Below are positions 7,815 through 18,007 of a DNA stretch of 64,000 bases, one piece after another. Every line of letters begins with the position of its first letter. Within the stretch, counting starts at the first letter, position 1. The translations under genes were made by a program, and so were the position numbers. The stretch comes from Candidatus Gastranaerophilales bacterium (GTDB lineage: Bacteria; Cyanobacteriota; Vampirovibrionia; Gastranaerophilales; Gastranaerophilaceae), in assembly GCA_944324185.1 (NCBI GenBank), contig CALUVI010000004.1, positions 190 to 64,189 on the forward strand, read 5' to 3'. The notes beneath the pieces are model-generated. The model worked only from the letters and a program-made list of their open reading frames with translations, was not told the origin of the DNA and ran no database searches.

Positions 7815-10289
7815 ATGCAGGTTTCATTAAACTGGTTGAATGAATTAGTAGATTTAAGCGACTTGGACGTAAAACAAATTGCTCATGAGCTTACTATGAG
7901 CGGTTTGGAAGTTGAAGAGGTTGAAGAAGTCAGACCAAAATTTACAAATATAATTACGGCAAAGATTGAAAAAATCGACAACCATCCGAATTCTGACCAC
8001 CTTCATCTTGTTACTGTTAATACAGGCTCCGGTTTGAAAACCGTGGTTTGCGGCGCTCAAAATATTGAAGTCGGGCAGGTTATTCCGTACGCTTCTGTCG
8101 GTAGTCAAGTTCTGGACAGAAAAACAGGCGAACAGTTTGAACTGACCCCTGCTGTTATAAGAGGTGTTGAATCTCAGGGCATGCTCTGCTCTGACGATGA
8201 ACTCGGGGTTGCTGACAGAAATTATCAGGAAGAAGACGGGATTCTTATCCTCAACCGTATTTTTCCTAATGTCGGTCTGGGTTTGGATGTGGAAAACGTT
8301 CTGGGGTTTGAAAAAGATTACATTCTGCATACAGCACCTACTGCAAACAGAGGTGATGAAGTTTCTGTAATCGGTATTGCAAGAGAACTTTCAGCCCTGT
8401 TTAACAGGACGATGAAATTTGAATACGCTTCAAGAGAAACTGCAAAAGCGGATTTTGAAGTTGAAATTAAAGATTCAGATGTCTGCAAATACTATTCAAT
8501 CGGGCTTTTAAAGGATATTGTAATCAAGCCTTCTCCTGATTGGATGCAAAAAAGGCTTGTATCCTCAGGCGTAAGAGCAATCAACAATGTTGTTGATATT
8601 ACAAACTATGTAATGCTTGAATACGGAACTCCGCTTCACGCGTTTGATTTTGATAAATTGGACGGATATCTTTGCGTAAGACGCGCTCTGGAAGGTGAAA
8701 CTCTTGTAACGTTAGATGAAGTCGAAAGGCAGCTTCACCACGATACTGTTGTTATTGCAACAAAAGAAAAACCTGTATGTCTCGGAGGTGTTTTTGGAGG
8801 CGCTAACTCTGAAATTGATGAAAACACAAAAAATATAGCGCTCGAAGCTGCATATTTTACACCGCAATCTAACAGAAAGAGTTCAAGAAGTGTCGGATAT
8901 AAATCAGACGCCTGTGCAAGATTCGAAAGAGGAATTGATATTGAAGCGGTTAAGCCGGGGCTTTTAAGAGCGGTAGAATTATTGGAAAAATATGCTGATG
9001 CTAAATTTGAAGGTATGGTTGAAACAGGCTCCAATAAACTTGATCCAATTGAGATAACTATCAGGTACCCGCAGGTTAAAAGACTCTTAGGATGTGATAT
9101 TGATCCGCAAAAGTGTCTTGCAATTTTGGAAAAACTCGGATTCAAGATTTTAGGCAAAAATGAAATAGCGTGCAAAGTTCTTGTTCCGTCTTTCCGTGCG
9201 GGAGATGTTACAAGAGAGTGTGACTTAATAGAAGAAATAGCAAGAATTAACGGGTATGATAAAATCACTCCGACTCTTCCCGCAAGACCGGGAACTGCTG
9301 AAATTTCCCATGCTGAAAGAGTTATTGAAAGAGTCCGTGATATTATGTCCGGAGAAGGTCTGAATGAAATCCAGACTTCCTCATTAATCGGCGAGCCTTT
9401 GTTAAAGCAGTTTAACGTTAATTTTAACAAAGAAAAGGCTGTATACGTCCAAAATCCTGCGTCTGAAGATTACACAATGCTAAGGCAAACACTTATGGCA
9501 AGTGTTCTTCAATGTCTCAAATACAACTACGACAACGGACAGAAGGATTTCTGGGCTTATGAAATAGGAAGAAGCTATGTTAAAGTAAGCGAAGCTGATG
9601 AAAAACATTCCGGAGTCAAAGAAACTCAAATCTTAGCAGGTGTTATTACAGGAAATATCCAGAATTCAATCTGGCAGGAAACCGGAGTGGTAGATTTCTA
9701 TACAGTTAAAGGCATTGTTGATAAAATTTTAGAAGATTTTGGACTTACAAGAAGAATAAAATTTGAACTGCTTGCAGATTCATCTATTGCAGAAACTCAT
9801 ACCTGCATGCACCCTTATAAATCAGCGGCTTTAACTCTTCTTGGCAAGAAACCGGAAATAGTCGGATATTATGGGGAAATCCATCCTGAACTTAAGAACA
9901 AAATGAAATTGAATCAAAACGCTTATGTATTCAAACTAGATTTAGATTTGTTCATTAATGCGGTTAACCCGGGAGTTCCTAAATTCAAAAAACTCCCACT
10001 ATATCCGGAAGTCCAGAGAGACTTGGCGGTAATAGTTCCGGCTAAAACAACATGGGACGAGATGGCTAAAATTATTAAAAAAGGTATTGATAACAAAGTG
10101 TTCACAGGCTGCAGCGTTTTTGACGTTTATCAGGGTGAACATGTTCAGGAAGGCTTTAAATCAGTTGCTTTCAGAATAAAAATGCAGGATGAGAATTCCA
10201 CAATGACTGATGAAGCAATCGAAAGCCAGATGGCAAATCTGCGCTCGACCTTAAAGAAAGCTATACCGGAGTTGAGTTTTAGAGAATAA
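7815..10289 (+). CDS. pheT: Phenylalanine--tRNA ligase beta subunit
   Basis: tRNA-binding domain (VVCGAQN, RGVESQGMLCS), TANRGD, INNVVDITNYVMLEYGTPLHAFD, DLIEEIARINGYD, FDX-ACB C-terminus. Confidence 0.97.
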   Translation: MQVSLNWLNELVDLSDLDVKQIAHELTMSGLEVEEVEEVRPKFTNIITAKIEKIDNHPNSDHLHLVTVNTGSGLKTVVCGAQNIEVGQVIPYASVGSQVLDRKTGEQFELTPAVIRGVESQGMLCSDDELGVADRNYQEEDGILILNRIFPNVGLGLDVENVLGFEKDYILHTAPTANRGDEVSVIGIARELSALFNRTMKFEYASRETAKADFEVEIKDSDVCKYYSIGLLKDIVIKPSPDWMQKRLVSSGVRAINNVVDITNYVMLEYGTPLHAFDFDKLDGYLCVRRALEGETLVTLDEVERQLHHDTVVIATKEKPVCLGGVFGGANSEIDENTKNIALEAAYFTPQSNRKSSRSVGYKSDACARFERGIDIEAVKPGLLRAVELLEKYADAKFEGMVETGSNKLDPIEITIRYPQVKRLLGCDIDPQKCLAILEKLGFKILGKNEIACKVLVPSFRAGDVTRECDLIEEIARINGYDKITPTLPARPGTAEISHAERVIERVRDIMSGEGLNEIQTSSLIGEPLLKQFNVNFNKEKAVYVQNPASEDYTMLRQTLMASVLQCLKYNYDNGQKDFWAYEIGRSYVKVSEADEKHSGVKETQILAGVITGNIQNSIWQETGVVDFYTVKGIVDKILEDFGLTRRIKFELLADSSIAETHTCMHPYKSAALTLLGKKPEIVGYYGEIHPELKNKMKLNQNAYVFKLDLDLFINAVNPGVPKFKKLPLYPEVQRDLAVIVPAKTTWDEMAKIIKKGIDNKVFTGCSVFDVYQGEHVQEGFKSVAFRIKMQDENSTMTDEAIESQMANLRSTLKKAIPELSFRE

Positions 10290-10295
10290 TATACG

Positions 10296-10324
10296 AAAAA
10301 AAGAGCTTAGAAAAAGCTCTTTTG
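10296..10324. terminator. Bidirectional intrinsic terminator after pheT
   Basis: AAAAGAGCTT-agaaa-AAGCTCTTTT. Confidence 0.75.
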
Positions 10325-10325
10325 T

Positions 10326-11051
10326 CTAGAATGTAACTCTTCCTCTGACACCTACAAAAGGAGCTGAGTAATTTTCTCCAGTTGTTGCGTAAGCTCCCAG
10401 TTCCATTTTGCATACAGGGCTTTCACGTCTGTAGCTGCATTCTCCCGAGGCACTGTTTCTGTCTATTGAAACGGAAGTGTTAAAACCTCCTTTATTTGAG
10501 TAGTGTCCGGTAATGCCAAAATTTGAACCCTGATTAAAAACCGAGATACTGTAAGAATCGAGTGAACTTTTTGAAAAATATTCCATACTCATCTTGCCGT
10601 TGCTGACTTTATATGTTGCCGTTACACCGGTATCATAGTGCGGTGTATCGTTTGTATAATTAAACCCGACTCTTTCTCCCGCAACAAAGCTGTAAGCGTT
10701 TTCGCCGTCTTTATACGTTGCGGCTGCTGAAAAACCTCTTACGCTATATGACGCCTTCTTAAATATTCTTGAAGCTCGTGTAACAAGGGGTACTTCATTT
10801 TCTCTCTGGGTAACATTATAGAGAGTTGTTTCTTTTTCAGGTTTAATAAATGCTGATTCCTGATATGTAGGTGTCGGACCGGCAGGTTTTAACGGCGGTC
10901 TTTTGAATAATTTTTCTGCTGATTCTCCGAGATCTTTGCCAAAACGCTCAAGATTTGTCAATGTTTTTTCAACAGCCGGCATATTTAATAATGCTTTATC
11001 GACATCTTTTTCCTGTGCAATATCTAAGAATTGTTTAAACGGCTCTGACAT
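10326..11051 (-). CDS. Hypothetical protein with beta-strand-rich C-terminal half ending in Phe (beta-barrel-like)
   Basis: Alternating hydrophobic strands rich in G/S/Y/F; ends FVGVRGRVTF; RBS GGAG upstream. Confidence 0.55.
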   Translation of the reverse strand: MSEPFKQFLDIAQEKDVDKALLNMPAVEKTLTNLERFGKDLGESAEKLFKRPPLKPAGPTPTYQESAFIKPEKETTLYNVTQRENEVPLVTRASRIFKKASYSVRGFSAAATYKDGENAYSFVAGERVGFNYTNDTPHYDTGVTATYKVSNGKMSMEYFSKSSLDSYSISVFNQGSNFGITGHYSNKGGFNTSVSIDRNSASGECSYRRESPVCKMELGAYATTGENYSAPFVGVRGRVTF

Positions 11052-11229
11052 ATTCTCTCCTTGTATATAAAAAGTATATATAAATAGAAAAGTTGCGTTT
11101 TTGTTACAAAATTTAATCTATTCGGTCGATGTTTTAATTATTTTTGTAAAGTTTTTTAAATTTATGACGATAAAATAATTGACTTCATAAAAGAAATTAT
11201 TAAACCCTGTGTAGAAAGGTTTAACTAAT

Positions 11230-11472
11230 ATGGCAGAAATAGTGAATTTATTGACGAGAGTGTTTACATCAAATCCGATGGTACAATCTGGAGCTATTAC
11301 TCAAACGAGGAGCAGCTCTAATCCTTTTGCGCAGCGTGGAGGCAATCCTTTTGTGACAAGCAATCCGTTTTTAAATTACGGACAAAACAAGCCGGTTCCA
11401 GGCGGATATTTTGCAGGTTATTACAATAATCAGCCGAATATTGTCGGAAGACGGCTCTTTATTGAGGTATAG
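11230..11472 (+). CDS. Small hypothetical protein with NPF repeats
   Basis: 80 aa ORF with upstream AAGG; NPM/NPF/NPF/NPF motifs. Confidence 0.55.
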   Translation: MAEIVNLLTRVFTSNPMVQSGAITQTRSSSNPFAQRGGNPFVTSNPFLNYGQNKPVPGGYFAGYYNNQPNIVGRRLFIEV

Positions 11473-11581
11473 ACTCAAAAATATACCCGATTTATAATAC
11501 CCCGAATATAGCCGGATGGAATTTTTCGTCTGGCTTTTTGATTTTTTAGATGGTAATATATTTCTGAGGAGTATTAAAGTT

Positions 11582-13612
11582 ATGTTTAAGAAGGTACTTT
11601 CAGTATTACTGGTATCATTAATGCTTGTTTCTAACTCAACAATTCTGGCAGCGGAAGTGCAGAGTGCATCTGTACAGAAGCAGGATGAGGAACTAGTTGT
11701 ACCTAAAAATATTGAAAATGAGATATATAACAGTATTATTCAAGTTTATGGCGAAAGTCGTGCTCAGCAAATATATGACAGAGTCATGGATATTGCAAAA
11801 AAATCAATAGAAAAACGCCCTGAAGCATTAAAGAAAGAAGATTTAACCAGAGCTGATTACTGGTATAAAGATGAAATTATTTATATGTTCTATGTTGACC
11901 AGTTTGGAGTCGTGACTCCGGAAAAGCCTAATACATTCAAAGATGCATCGGCTATGTTTGATTATTTGAAAGATTTGGGTGTTACAACTTTATATCTTCT
12001 GCCATTTGCGGATTCTCCGATGTCTGATGCCGGTTTTGACGTAAAAAATCCGCAGAATATCAGGGCAGATCTCGGCGGGAAAACCCAGTTCAAGGATTTT
12101 GTTCTTAAAGCAAAGGAAAACGGGTTTAAAATAAAATCTGACCTTGTTCTAAATCATATTTCAGATGAACATGAGTGGTTTCAGGCATTTTTGAGGGGCG
12201 ATGTTTCAAAAAAGGATTACTTCGTTGTAAAGGATAAAATGCCGGAATATAAAAAATACGTTGATGAAAAAGTCGGAACAATTGTTGAATATACGGAGGA
12301 GAACGGAAAAGTCTCAAAACGCCGTCTGATTTTTCCTGAAATTACGGAAAATCACTACAGAAAAGTTACTCTAAACGGAAAAGATTATTATTTCTATCAT
12401 ACATTTTATCCGTTCCAGCTTGATATGAACTGGGAAAATCCGGAAGTTTTGTACTACTGGCTTGATACAATCAATTACTGGACAAATATCGGAATAGATA
12501 TTTTCAGGCTTGATGCAATACCTTATCTTTCAAAAGAGGACGGTACTTCGGCGGAGAATCTTCCGAAAACTCATGCCATTATTAAACTTATAAGCAATTA
12601 TATCCAGATGACGGCACCGAGAACTGTGATTCAGGCAGAAGCTTGCCAGTATCCGAATGATATTTTGCCGTATTTTGGTAAAGAAAGAAAATTCAAAACG
12701 ACTATAAACGGTCATGAAAAAGAAATCAAAAGAACAGACGAGTTTCAGATTGCTTACCATTTCCCGTATATGCCGGCTATATGGGCATCGTTGATAACCG
12801 CAGATAAGCAGCATTTTATTAATGCATACAAATCAACACCGCAAATACCCTCTGCTGCTGCTTGGGGAATATTTTTGAGAGTGCATGATGAGTTAACTCT
12901 TGAGATGATTGATCCTCAGACAAGAGAAATTATCTATAATGCACTTGTGTCAAAAGGAGCTGAATTCAGAAAAGGGCTTGGTGTAAGCGGTCGTATGGCT
13001 AACTTTTTAGACAATGACCCTGACAGAATTGAACTTGCTTTTTCTATTCTTATGTCACTTCCGGGAATTCCGATTATTTACTACGGAGATGAAGTCGGAG
13101 TCAGAAATAATTTTGAAAATGCTAAAAAAAGTGAACAGGAAAGAATTGAGAAACAGAAAAAAGGTAAATTTAAGCTTTTGAGCTATTTTGACAGCCGTGA
13201 TATCCATAGAGGGGCGGTTCCTGCTAAATTATTCTATGGCGCTTCTAAAGATTACTATGAATTTAACAGCAAGGTCTATAAGAAAGTTAAAAATCTTATA
13301 GCAATAAGAAAAACACTGCCGTCTATGTCCAAAGGTGACTTTACACTTTTAAAGACTTCTTCTCCCGCTAATTTTGCATATATAAGAAGTTATAAAGATG
13401 AGAAAATTCTTGTAATAAATAACCTTTCTGGCGAAAAACTTGTTGCGGAAGTTACAATTCCGATGGAAGTTGTTTTGAAATCTGACGGTAAAAGAATTGA
13501 TGAATTTAAGAATCTTATAAATGACGATGATGTCAAGGTGAATGTATCGCTTACAAACAGAACAATGCACCTAAGAATTGCGCCTTACGGAGTGGTATGG
13601 CTTAAATTGTAA
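11582..13612 (+). CDS. GH13 alpha-amylase-family enzyme, trehalose synthase/amylosucrase-like, with signal peptide
   Basis: Catalytic motifs FRLDAIPYL, QAEACQ, FLRVHDELTLE (TreS-like), YYGDEVG; start MFKKVLSV at 11582 after GAGGAG. Confidence 0.85.
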   Translation: MFKKVLSVLLVSLMLVSNSTILAAEVQSASVQKQDEELVVPKNIENEIYNSIIQVYGESRAQQIYDRVMDIAKKSIEKRPEALKKEDLTRADYWYKDEIIYMFYVDQFGVVTPEKPNTFKDASAMFDYLKDLGVTTLYLLPFADSPMSDAGFDVKNPQNIRADLGGKTQFKDFVLKAKENGFKIKSDLVLNHISDEHEWFQAFLRGDVSKKDYFVVKDKMPEYKKYVDEKVGTIVEYTEENGKVSKRRLIFPEITENHYRKVTLNGKDYYFYHTFYPFQLDMNWENPEVLYYWLDTINYWTNIGIDIFRLDAIPYLSKEDGTSAENLPKTHAIIKLISNYIQMTAPRTVIQAEACQYPNDILPYFGKERKFKTTINGHEKEIKRTDEFQIAYHFPYMPAIWASLITADKQHFINAYKSTPQIPSAAAWGIFLRVHDELTLEMIDPQTREIIYNALVSKGAEFRKGLGVSGRMANFLDNDPDRIELAFSILMSLPGIPIIYYGDEVGVRNNFENAKKSEQERIEKQKKGKFKLLSYFDSRDIHRGAVPAKLFYGASKDYYEFNSKVYKKVKNLIAIRKTLPSMSKGDFTLLKTSSPANFAYIRSYKDEKILVINNLSGEKLVAEVTIPMEVVLKSDGKRIDEFKNLINDDDVKVNVSLTNRTMHLRIAPYGVVWLKL

Positions 13613-13701
13613 GCCGGCAGGAGATATAGCCGGGGAATGTTTATAACTTACTGCGAAAATCACGGATTATTTTGTGAAAAGCTTAAACATTTTGTCGGTT
13701 G

Positions 13702-16287
13702 TTATCCTTGAAACAGATTTAATTGCGGAGCTTCTGCTTCAAGTTCGGAAGTTTTTTTACGTCCTGCAAGATTTTTTGAAAAGTCTCTCTGCATTCTGCT
13801 CATAAGCTCTTCTGAGCGTTTGACAACAGAGTTCGGAAGCCCTGCCATTTTAGCGACCTGAATACCATAACTCTTGCTGGCGCCTCCCGGAACAATTTTT
13901 CTTAAAAATTCAATCTCGCCGTTTTCTTCGCTTACAGTAATTCTGTAGTTTTTAATTTGCGGGTAAGTCCGGGTCATAACGTTCAGTTCGTGGTAATGGG
14001 TCGCAAAAATACATTTTGCCTTAATATTGTTGGCTATATATTCCGCGACTGCCCAGGCTATTGCAACACCGTCGTACGTGCTTGTTCCGCGCCCGATTTC
14101 ATCAATCAAAATAAGACTTTTATCTGTTGCATTGTTCAAAATACAGGCAGTTTCAGTCATTTCAACCATAAATGTAGATTTGCCGAGCGTTAAATCATCG
14201 CTTGCACCCACGCGGGTAAAGATTTTATCAATAATCCCTATTTGAGCATAATCAGCCGGTATAAAAGAGCCTGTTTGTGCAAGGATTGCTATGAGAGCGT
14301 TTTGACGCATATAGGTCGATTTACCCGCCATATTAGGTCCTGTTAGAATCATAAACTGGGTTTTGCTTTTGTTACTGCTTGAAAGTTCAATATCGTTTGC
14401 AACATACGTCCCGAGCGGAAGTATTTGTTCCAGAACAGGGTGACGTCCGTTTCTTACAATAAAATCTCCCGTTTCATTAATCTCAGGGCAGGTATAATTA
14501 TGCTCTGCCGCCGTAAGCGCAAAAGAAGTAAATACGTCCAGTCTTGCAATGCATTCTGCTGTTTCACGTATCAGAGTAACATACTCTTTTGAATAATCTC
14601 TAAAGTTACTGAATAATTTGTATTCAAGCTCGTACGCTTTAACCTGTGCGTTTAAAACCTCGTCTTCATGTTTTTTAAGCTCATCGGTTATAAATCTTTC
14701 AGCGCCGGTGAGTGTCTGTTTTCTGATATAATCGGCAGGTACCTTGTCCAGATTAGAGTTGGTAATTTCTATATAATATCCAAAGACTTTATTATAGCTT
14801 ACTTTTAAACTCTGGATACCGGTTCTGTCTCTTTCTTTCTGCCCAAACTCTGTGAGCCAGCTTTCTCCGTTGTTCATAAGATCTTTCAGGTAATCCAGAT
14901 CTGCATTGACCCCCTTTTTGATAATTCCGCCCTCTTTTATTACAACCGGTGCGTCATCTCGAATAGTCTGTTCAATAATATCAGCATAATCTTTAAGTTT
15001 TTCCAGATCTTTTTCGATGGTTTTGAAAACATCAAGACCTGTTTGTTTAGATGTTTCAACTAATTCAGGCAAAATTTTGAGTGAGGATTTCAAGCTCAAA
15101 AAGTCTCTCGGGGCGGCAGATGTATTACTGAGCCTTGTAGAAAGTCTCTGTATGTCGTAGATTTGCTCAAGCATTCCATGAATTTCAATTCGTGCTGCAG
15201 AATTTTCTACGAGCGTTTTTACAACATTCTGTCTTTCTACAATTTTGTCTTTTTCTTTAAGCGGCTGACAAATCCAGGATCTGAGAAGCCTTGCACCCAT
15301 GTTGGTAGAAGTTCTGTCAATAGCCCACAAAAGCGAGCCGTATTTATTCTTTTCCCTGAGGGTTTCGGTAAGCTCAAGATTTTTTCTTGAGCCGGCATCA
15401 ATTGTCATGTATTCAGAAAGTTCATAAGTCTTGATTTTTTCAAATTTCGGGAAACCGTCTTTAAGATTTTCCCATATATATGCCAGAAGCCCTGCTGCAG
15501 CTCTAAACCCCAAAGGGCAAGTATTGTATCCGATAGCATCAAGGTTGTTTATTTTAAATACCTGTTTTAAGTTTTCTTTTGCAAAATTTTCTTCAAAAAC
15601 TTTTTCCGGGACTTTTGAACAATTATAATAATTTGTAATCTCTTCCGGCAAGTCGACTGTTTCTTCAGGAACGATTTGAAACGGCTCAAGCTTTAATTTT
15701 TTAGCCGGAGCAATGATTTCGGAAGGCTTAAGCCGTACAAGTTCCGTAACAAGAGTCTCATAATTAAGGCTGGTTGCTTTAAATTCGCCGGTTGAGATAT
15801 CAGTGTAAGCAAATCCCCACTTTTCTTCACCGTTTTTAGATTTATTCTTAAAAACCGCACACATATAATTGTTGCTGTTTTGGTTCAGAAAATTGCCTTC
15901 AATAATTGTTCCGGGAGTAATAATTCTTACCACTCCTCTTTTTACAATACCCTTTGCAAGTTTCGGATCTTCCAGCTGTTCACAAATTGCAATTTTCATA
16001 TCTTTTGCAACAAGTTTTTCCAAATATCCGTCAATTGCCTTAACAGGAATTCCTGCAAGCGGAATTTTTCCCAGAGCACCGCTCTCTCTGCCGGTCAGGG
16101 TAATTTCAAGTTCGCGGGACAAAGTAACCGCATCTTCAAAAAAAGTTTCGTAAAAATCTCCCATACGGTATAAAAGAAGACAGTCCGGATGTTCGCGTTT
16201 TATTTCTATGTATCGCTGCATTGCAGGCGTTGCATCTTCAATGTTTATATCCACTGTATTTATAAGATTGATTTCAGGCTTTGTCAT
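13702..16287 (-). CDS. mutS: DNA mismatch repair protein MutS
   Basis: TPAMQRY, RMGDFYETF, TGPNMAGKSTYMRQ, STFMVEM, DEIGRGTST, FATHYHEL; start MTKPEIN at 16287. Confidence 0.97.
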   Translation of the reverse strand: MTKPEINLINTVDINIEDATPAMQRYIEIKREHPDCLLLYRMGDFYETFFEDAVTLSRELEITLTGRESGALGKIPLAGIPVKAIDGYLEKLVAKDMKIAICEQLEDPKLAKGIVKRGVVRIITPGTIIEGNFLNQNSNNYMCAVFKNKSKNGEEKWGFAYTDISTGEFKATSLNYETLVTELVRLKPSEIIAPAKKLKLEPFQIVPEETVDLPEEITNYYNCSKVPEKVFEENFAKENLKQVFKINNLDAIGYNTCPLGFRAAAGLLAYIWENLKDGFPKFEKIKTYELSEYMTIDAGSRKNLELTETLREKNKYGSLLWAIDRTSTNMGARLLRSWICQPLKEKDKIVERQNVVKTLVENSAARIEIHGMLEQIYDIQRLSTRLSNTSAAPRDFLSLKSSLKILPELVETSKQTGLDVFKTIEKDLEKLKDYADIIEQTIRDDAPVVIKEGGIIKKGVNADLDYLKDLMNNGESWLTEFGQKERDRTGIQSLKVSYNKVFGYYIEITNSNLDKVPADYIRKQTLTGAERFITDELKKHEDEVLNAQVKAYELEYKLFSNFRDYSKEYVTLIRETAECIARLDVFTSFALTAAEHNYTCPEINETGDFIVRNGRHPVLEQILPLGTYVANDIELSSSNKSKTQFMILTGPNMAGKSTYMRQNALIAILAQTGSFIPADYAQIGIIDKIFTRVGASDDLTLGKSTFMVEMTETACILNNATDKSLILIDEIGRGTSTYDGVAIAWAVAEYIANNIKAKCIFATHYHELNVMTRTYPQIKNYRITVSEENGEIEFLRKIVPGGASKSYGIQVAKMAGLPNSVVKRSEELMSRMQRDFSKNLAGRKKTSELEAEAPQLNLFQG

Positions 16288-16326
16288 AGTTATAATTGTA
16301 CATAATATACACCAGAGGTGCAAGTA

Positions 16327-16941
16327 ATGTTTAGATTAATAAAGATTATTTTTAACGCTTTTTTACTGGTTTTGGCTATTATCGGTTTTAACGCAATCGG
16401 CGGACAAAAATATGTTGAAGCGGTAAAAGTCAGTATCGGGAATTTCATACAGGAGCACGCAATAGAAAGTGCGAAAAAAATAGGAAACTTTTCCGGTTTA
16501 AATGAAGAGTTTCAAATTGATAATGCGGTTAATCTCGGCGGCTATAAAGCTATTCTTGCCGAGCATAAAGCTTCCGGGCAAAAGATGATTATAGTGGATT
16601 CCGGCAAAAAACCGCTTCTTACGCAGAATGATATCAAAAGCAATAATGTTGATAAAAAAATGAAAGACCTTGCCGAAAAATTCAAATATCAGGCAATTAC
16701 TGTTAAAAACATCAAAATAACTTCACGAGGAACAATGAATATCTACGGGAAAAATGTTCCTTATGCCAAATTTGAAGCAGAGGTTACAAAGCTTCCGTTT
16801 TCAGATATATCTGGAATTGTAGCAAGCGTAACAACTTCTGACGGTTCGGAAAAACTTGCAATTTCTCTGAGTCAGAAGGATAAATACTCCCAGCTTATTG
16901 CAAATGAGTTTTATAAAGGTGTGAAAGAAGGAGGGGCGTAA
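16327..16941 (+). CDS. Hypothetical membrane-anchored protein
   Basis: N-terminal hydrophobic helix, ~205 aa, divergent from mutS. Confidence 0.6.
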   Translation: MFRLIKIIFNAFLLVLAIIGFNAIGGQKYVEAVKVSIGNFIQEHAIESAKKIGNFSGLNEEFQIDNAVNLGGYKAILAEHKASGQKMIIVDSGKKPLLTQNDIKSNNVDKKMKDLAEKFKYQAITVKNIKITSRGTMNIYGKNVPYAKFEAEVTKLPFSDISGIVASVTTSDGSEKLAISLSQKDKYSQLIANEFYKGVKEGGA

Positions 16942-16953
16942 ATTTATTTATCG

Positions 16954-17024
16954 GTGATCAAGTGACCAAGTGATCAGGTGATCAAGAGAGGTTTTTATTG
17001 GTGACTGAGTGATTAAGTGACTAA
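16954..17024. repeat. Two short tandem arrays of octamer GTGAYYRA (4 + 3 units)
   Basis: gtgatcaa gtgaccaa gtgatcag gtgatcaa (16954-16985); gtgactga gtgattaa gtgactaa (17001-17024). Confidence 0.85.
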
Positions 17025-17185
17025 GAATATAAAAATAGTAGTGTGGAGCTTGCTCCACAAAATTTGTATAAGAAATGTAGGTGTAGAAATGTAGGTCAGG
17101 TATTGTCTGACAATAACATAAACTAAAACAGTTTTTGTTGGGTGAAATCCGACAATCACCCAATTTCTAAAAAGGATATGGAATT

Positions 17186-18004
17186 ATGAAAAAGATTATT
17201 TTATGTTTTATTTTAATGATTTTTACGGTTAATACCGGATTTGCAGTTGACAGATATTCAAAAGATTATCTGCAGAATCACAAACACTTTTCAATTATGA
17301 ATCCGATTTCAGAAGGTATTGCGGGGCATATTATCAAATCTTCTTTGAAAAAAGAAACCGGCGGAGATTACAAAGTTATATTTGAAGGATACACAACTTC
17401 AAGTATCAAAAAAGGTATATTTAAAAACCTTGAAATTACCGGTGAAAATATCGTAACAGAAGGTATTCCGGTACCTTATGTACATCTTAAATCCATTACA
17501 GACTATAATTTTGTGGATTATACAAAAGATCCTGTTGAATTCAAATCCGATATGAAATTTTCTTATGACTTGCTTCTCTCTGAAGAAAGTATGAATACTG
17601 CATTGCAGGACAAAGCATACAAAAAAGTCCTTGATACAGTGAATAATATAGCTTATCCATTGTTCCAGATAACAGGAGTAAGCACCAAGATACAAAATAA
17701 TCAGCTTTATATATTAACAGAATATACTTTTCCGATAGCAAGCGGAACTAAAAAACGCGTGTTTGTTGCATCTTCGGATTTTGTTATAAAAGACGGGAAA
17801 ATCCGTGCTGGGAATATAAAACTCAACAGTGCTTACGGAAATCTTTCTCTGGAAAAAGTTGCCAACCTGCTTAATCTTGTAAATCCTCTGGAATTTACTC
17901 TTTCTATGCTTGATAATGAAAAATGTGATGCGAAAATTGAAAATATAAATATTGTTAACAACAAAATAAAAATTGATGGTAAAATATTTGTAAAAGGAGA
18001 TTAA
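17186..18004 (+). CDS. Exported DUF2993/LmeA-like (TULIP/AsmA-like) protein
   Basis: Signal peptide MKKIILCFILMIFTVNTGFA; C-terminal KIENINIVNNKIKIDGKIFV strand pattern typical of DUF2993. Confidence 0.5.
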   Translation: MKKIILCFILMIFTVNTGFAVDRYSKDYLQNHKHFSIMNPISEGIAGHIIKSSLKKETGGDYKVIFEGYTTSSIKKGIFKNLEITGENIVTEGIPVPYVHLKSITDYNFVDYTKDPVEFKSDMKFSYDLLLSEESMNTALQDKAYKKVLDTVNNIAYPLFQITGVSTKIQNNQLYILTEYTFPIASGTKKRVFVASSDFVIKDGKIRAGNIKLNSAYGNLSLEKVANLLNLVNPLEFTLSMLDNEKCDAKIENINIVNNKIKIDGKIFVKGD

Positions 18005-18007
18005 GCC

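Noticed and set aside
16948-17163. 71-aa minus-strand ORF
   Set aside because: Derived from octamer repeats and REP palindromes
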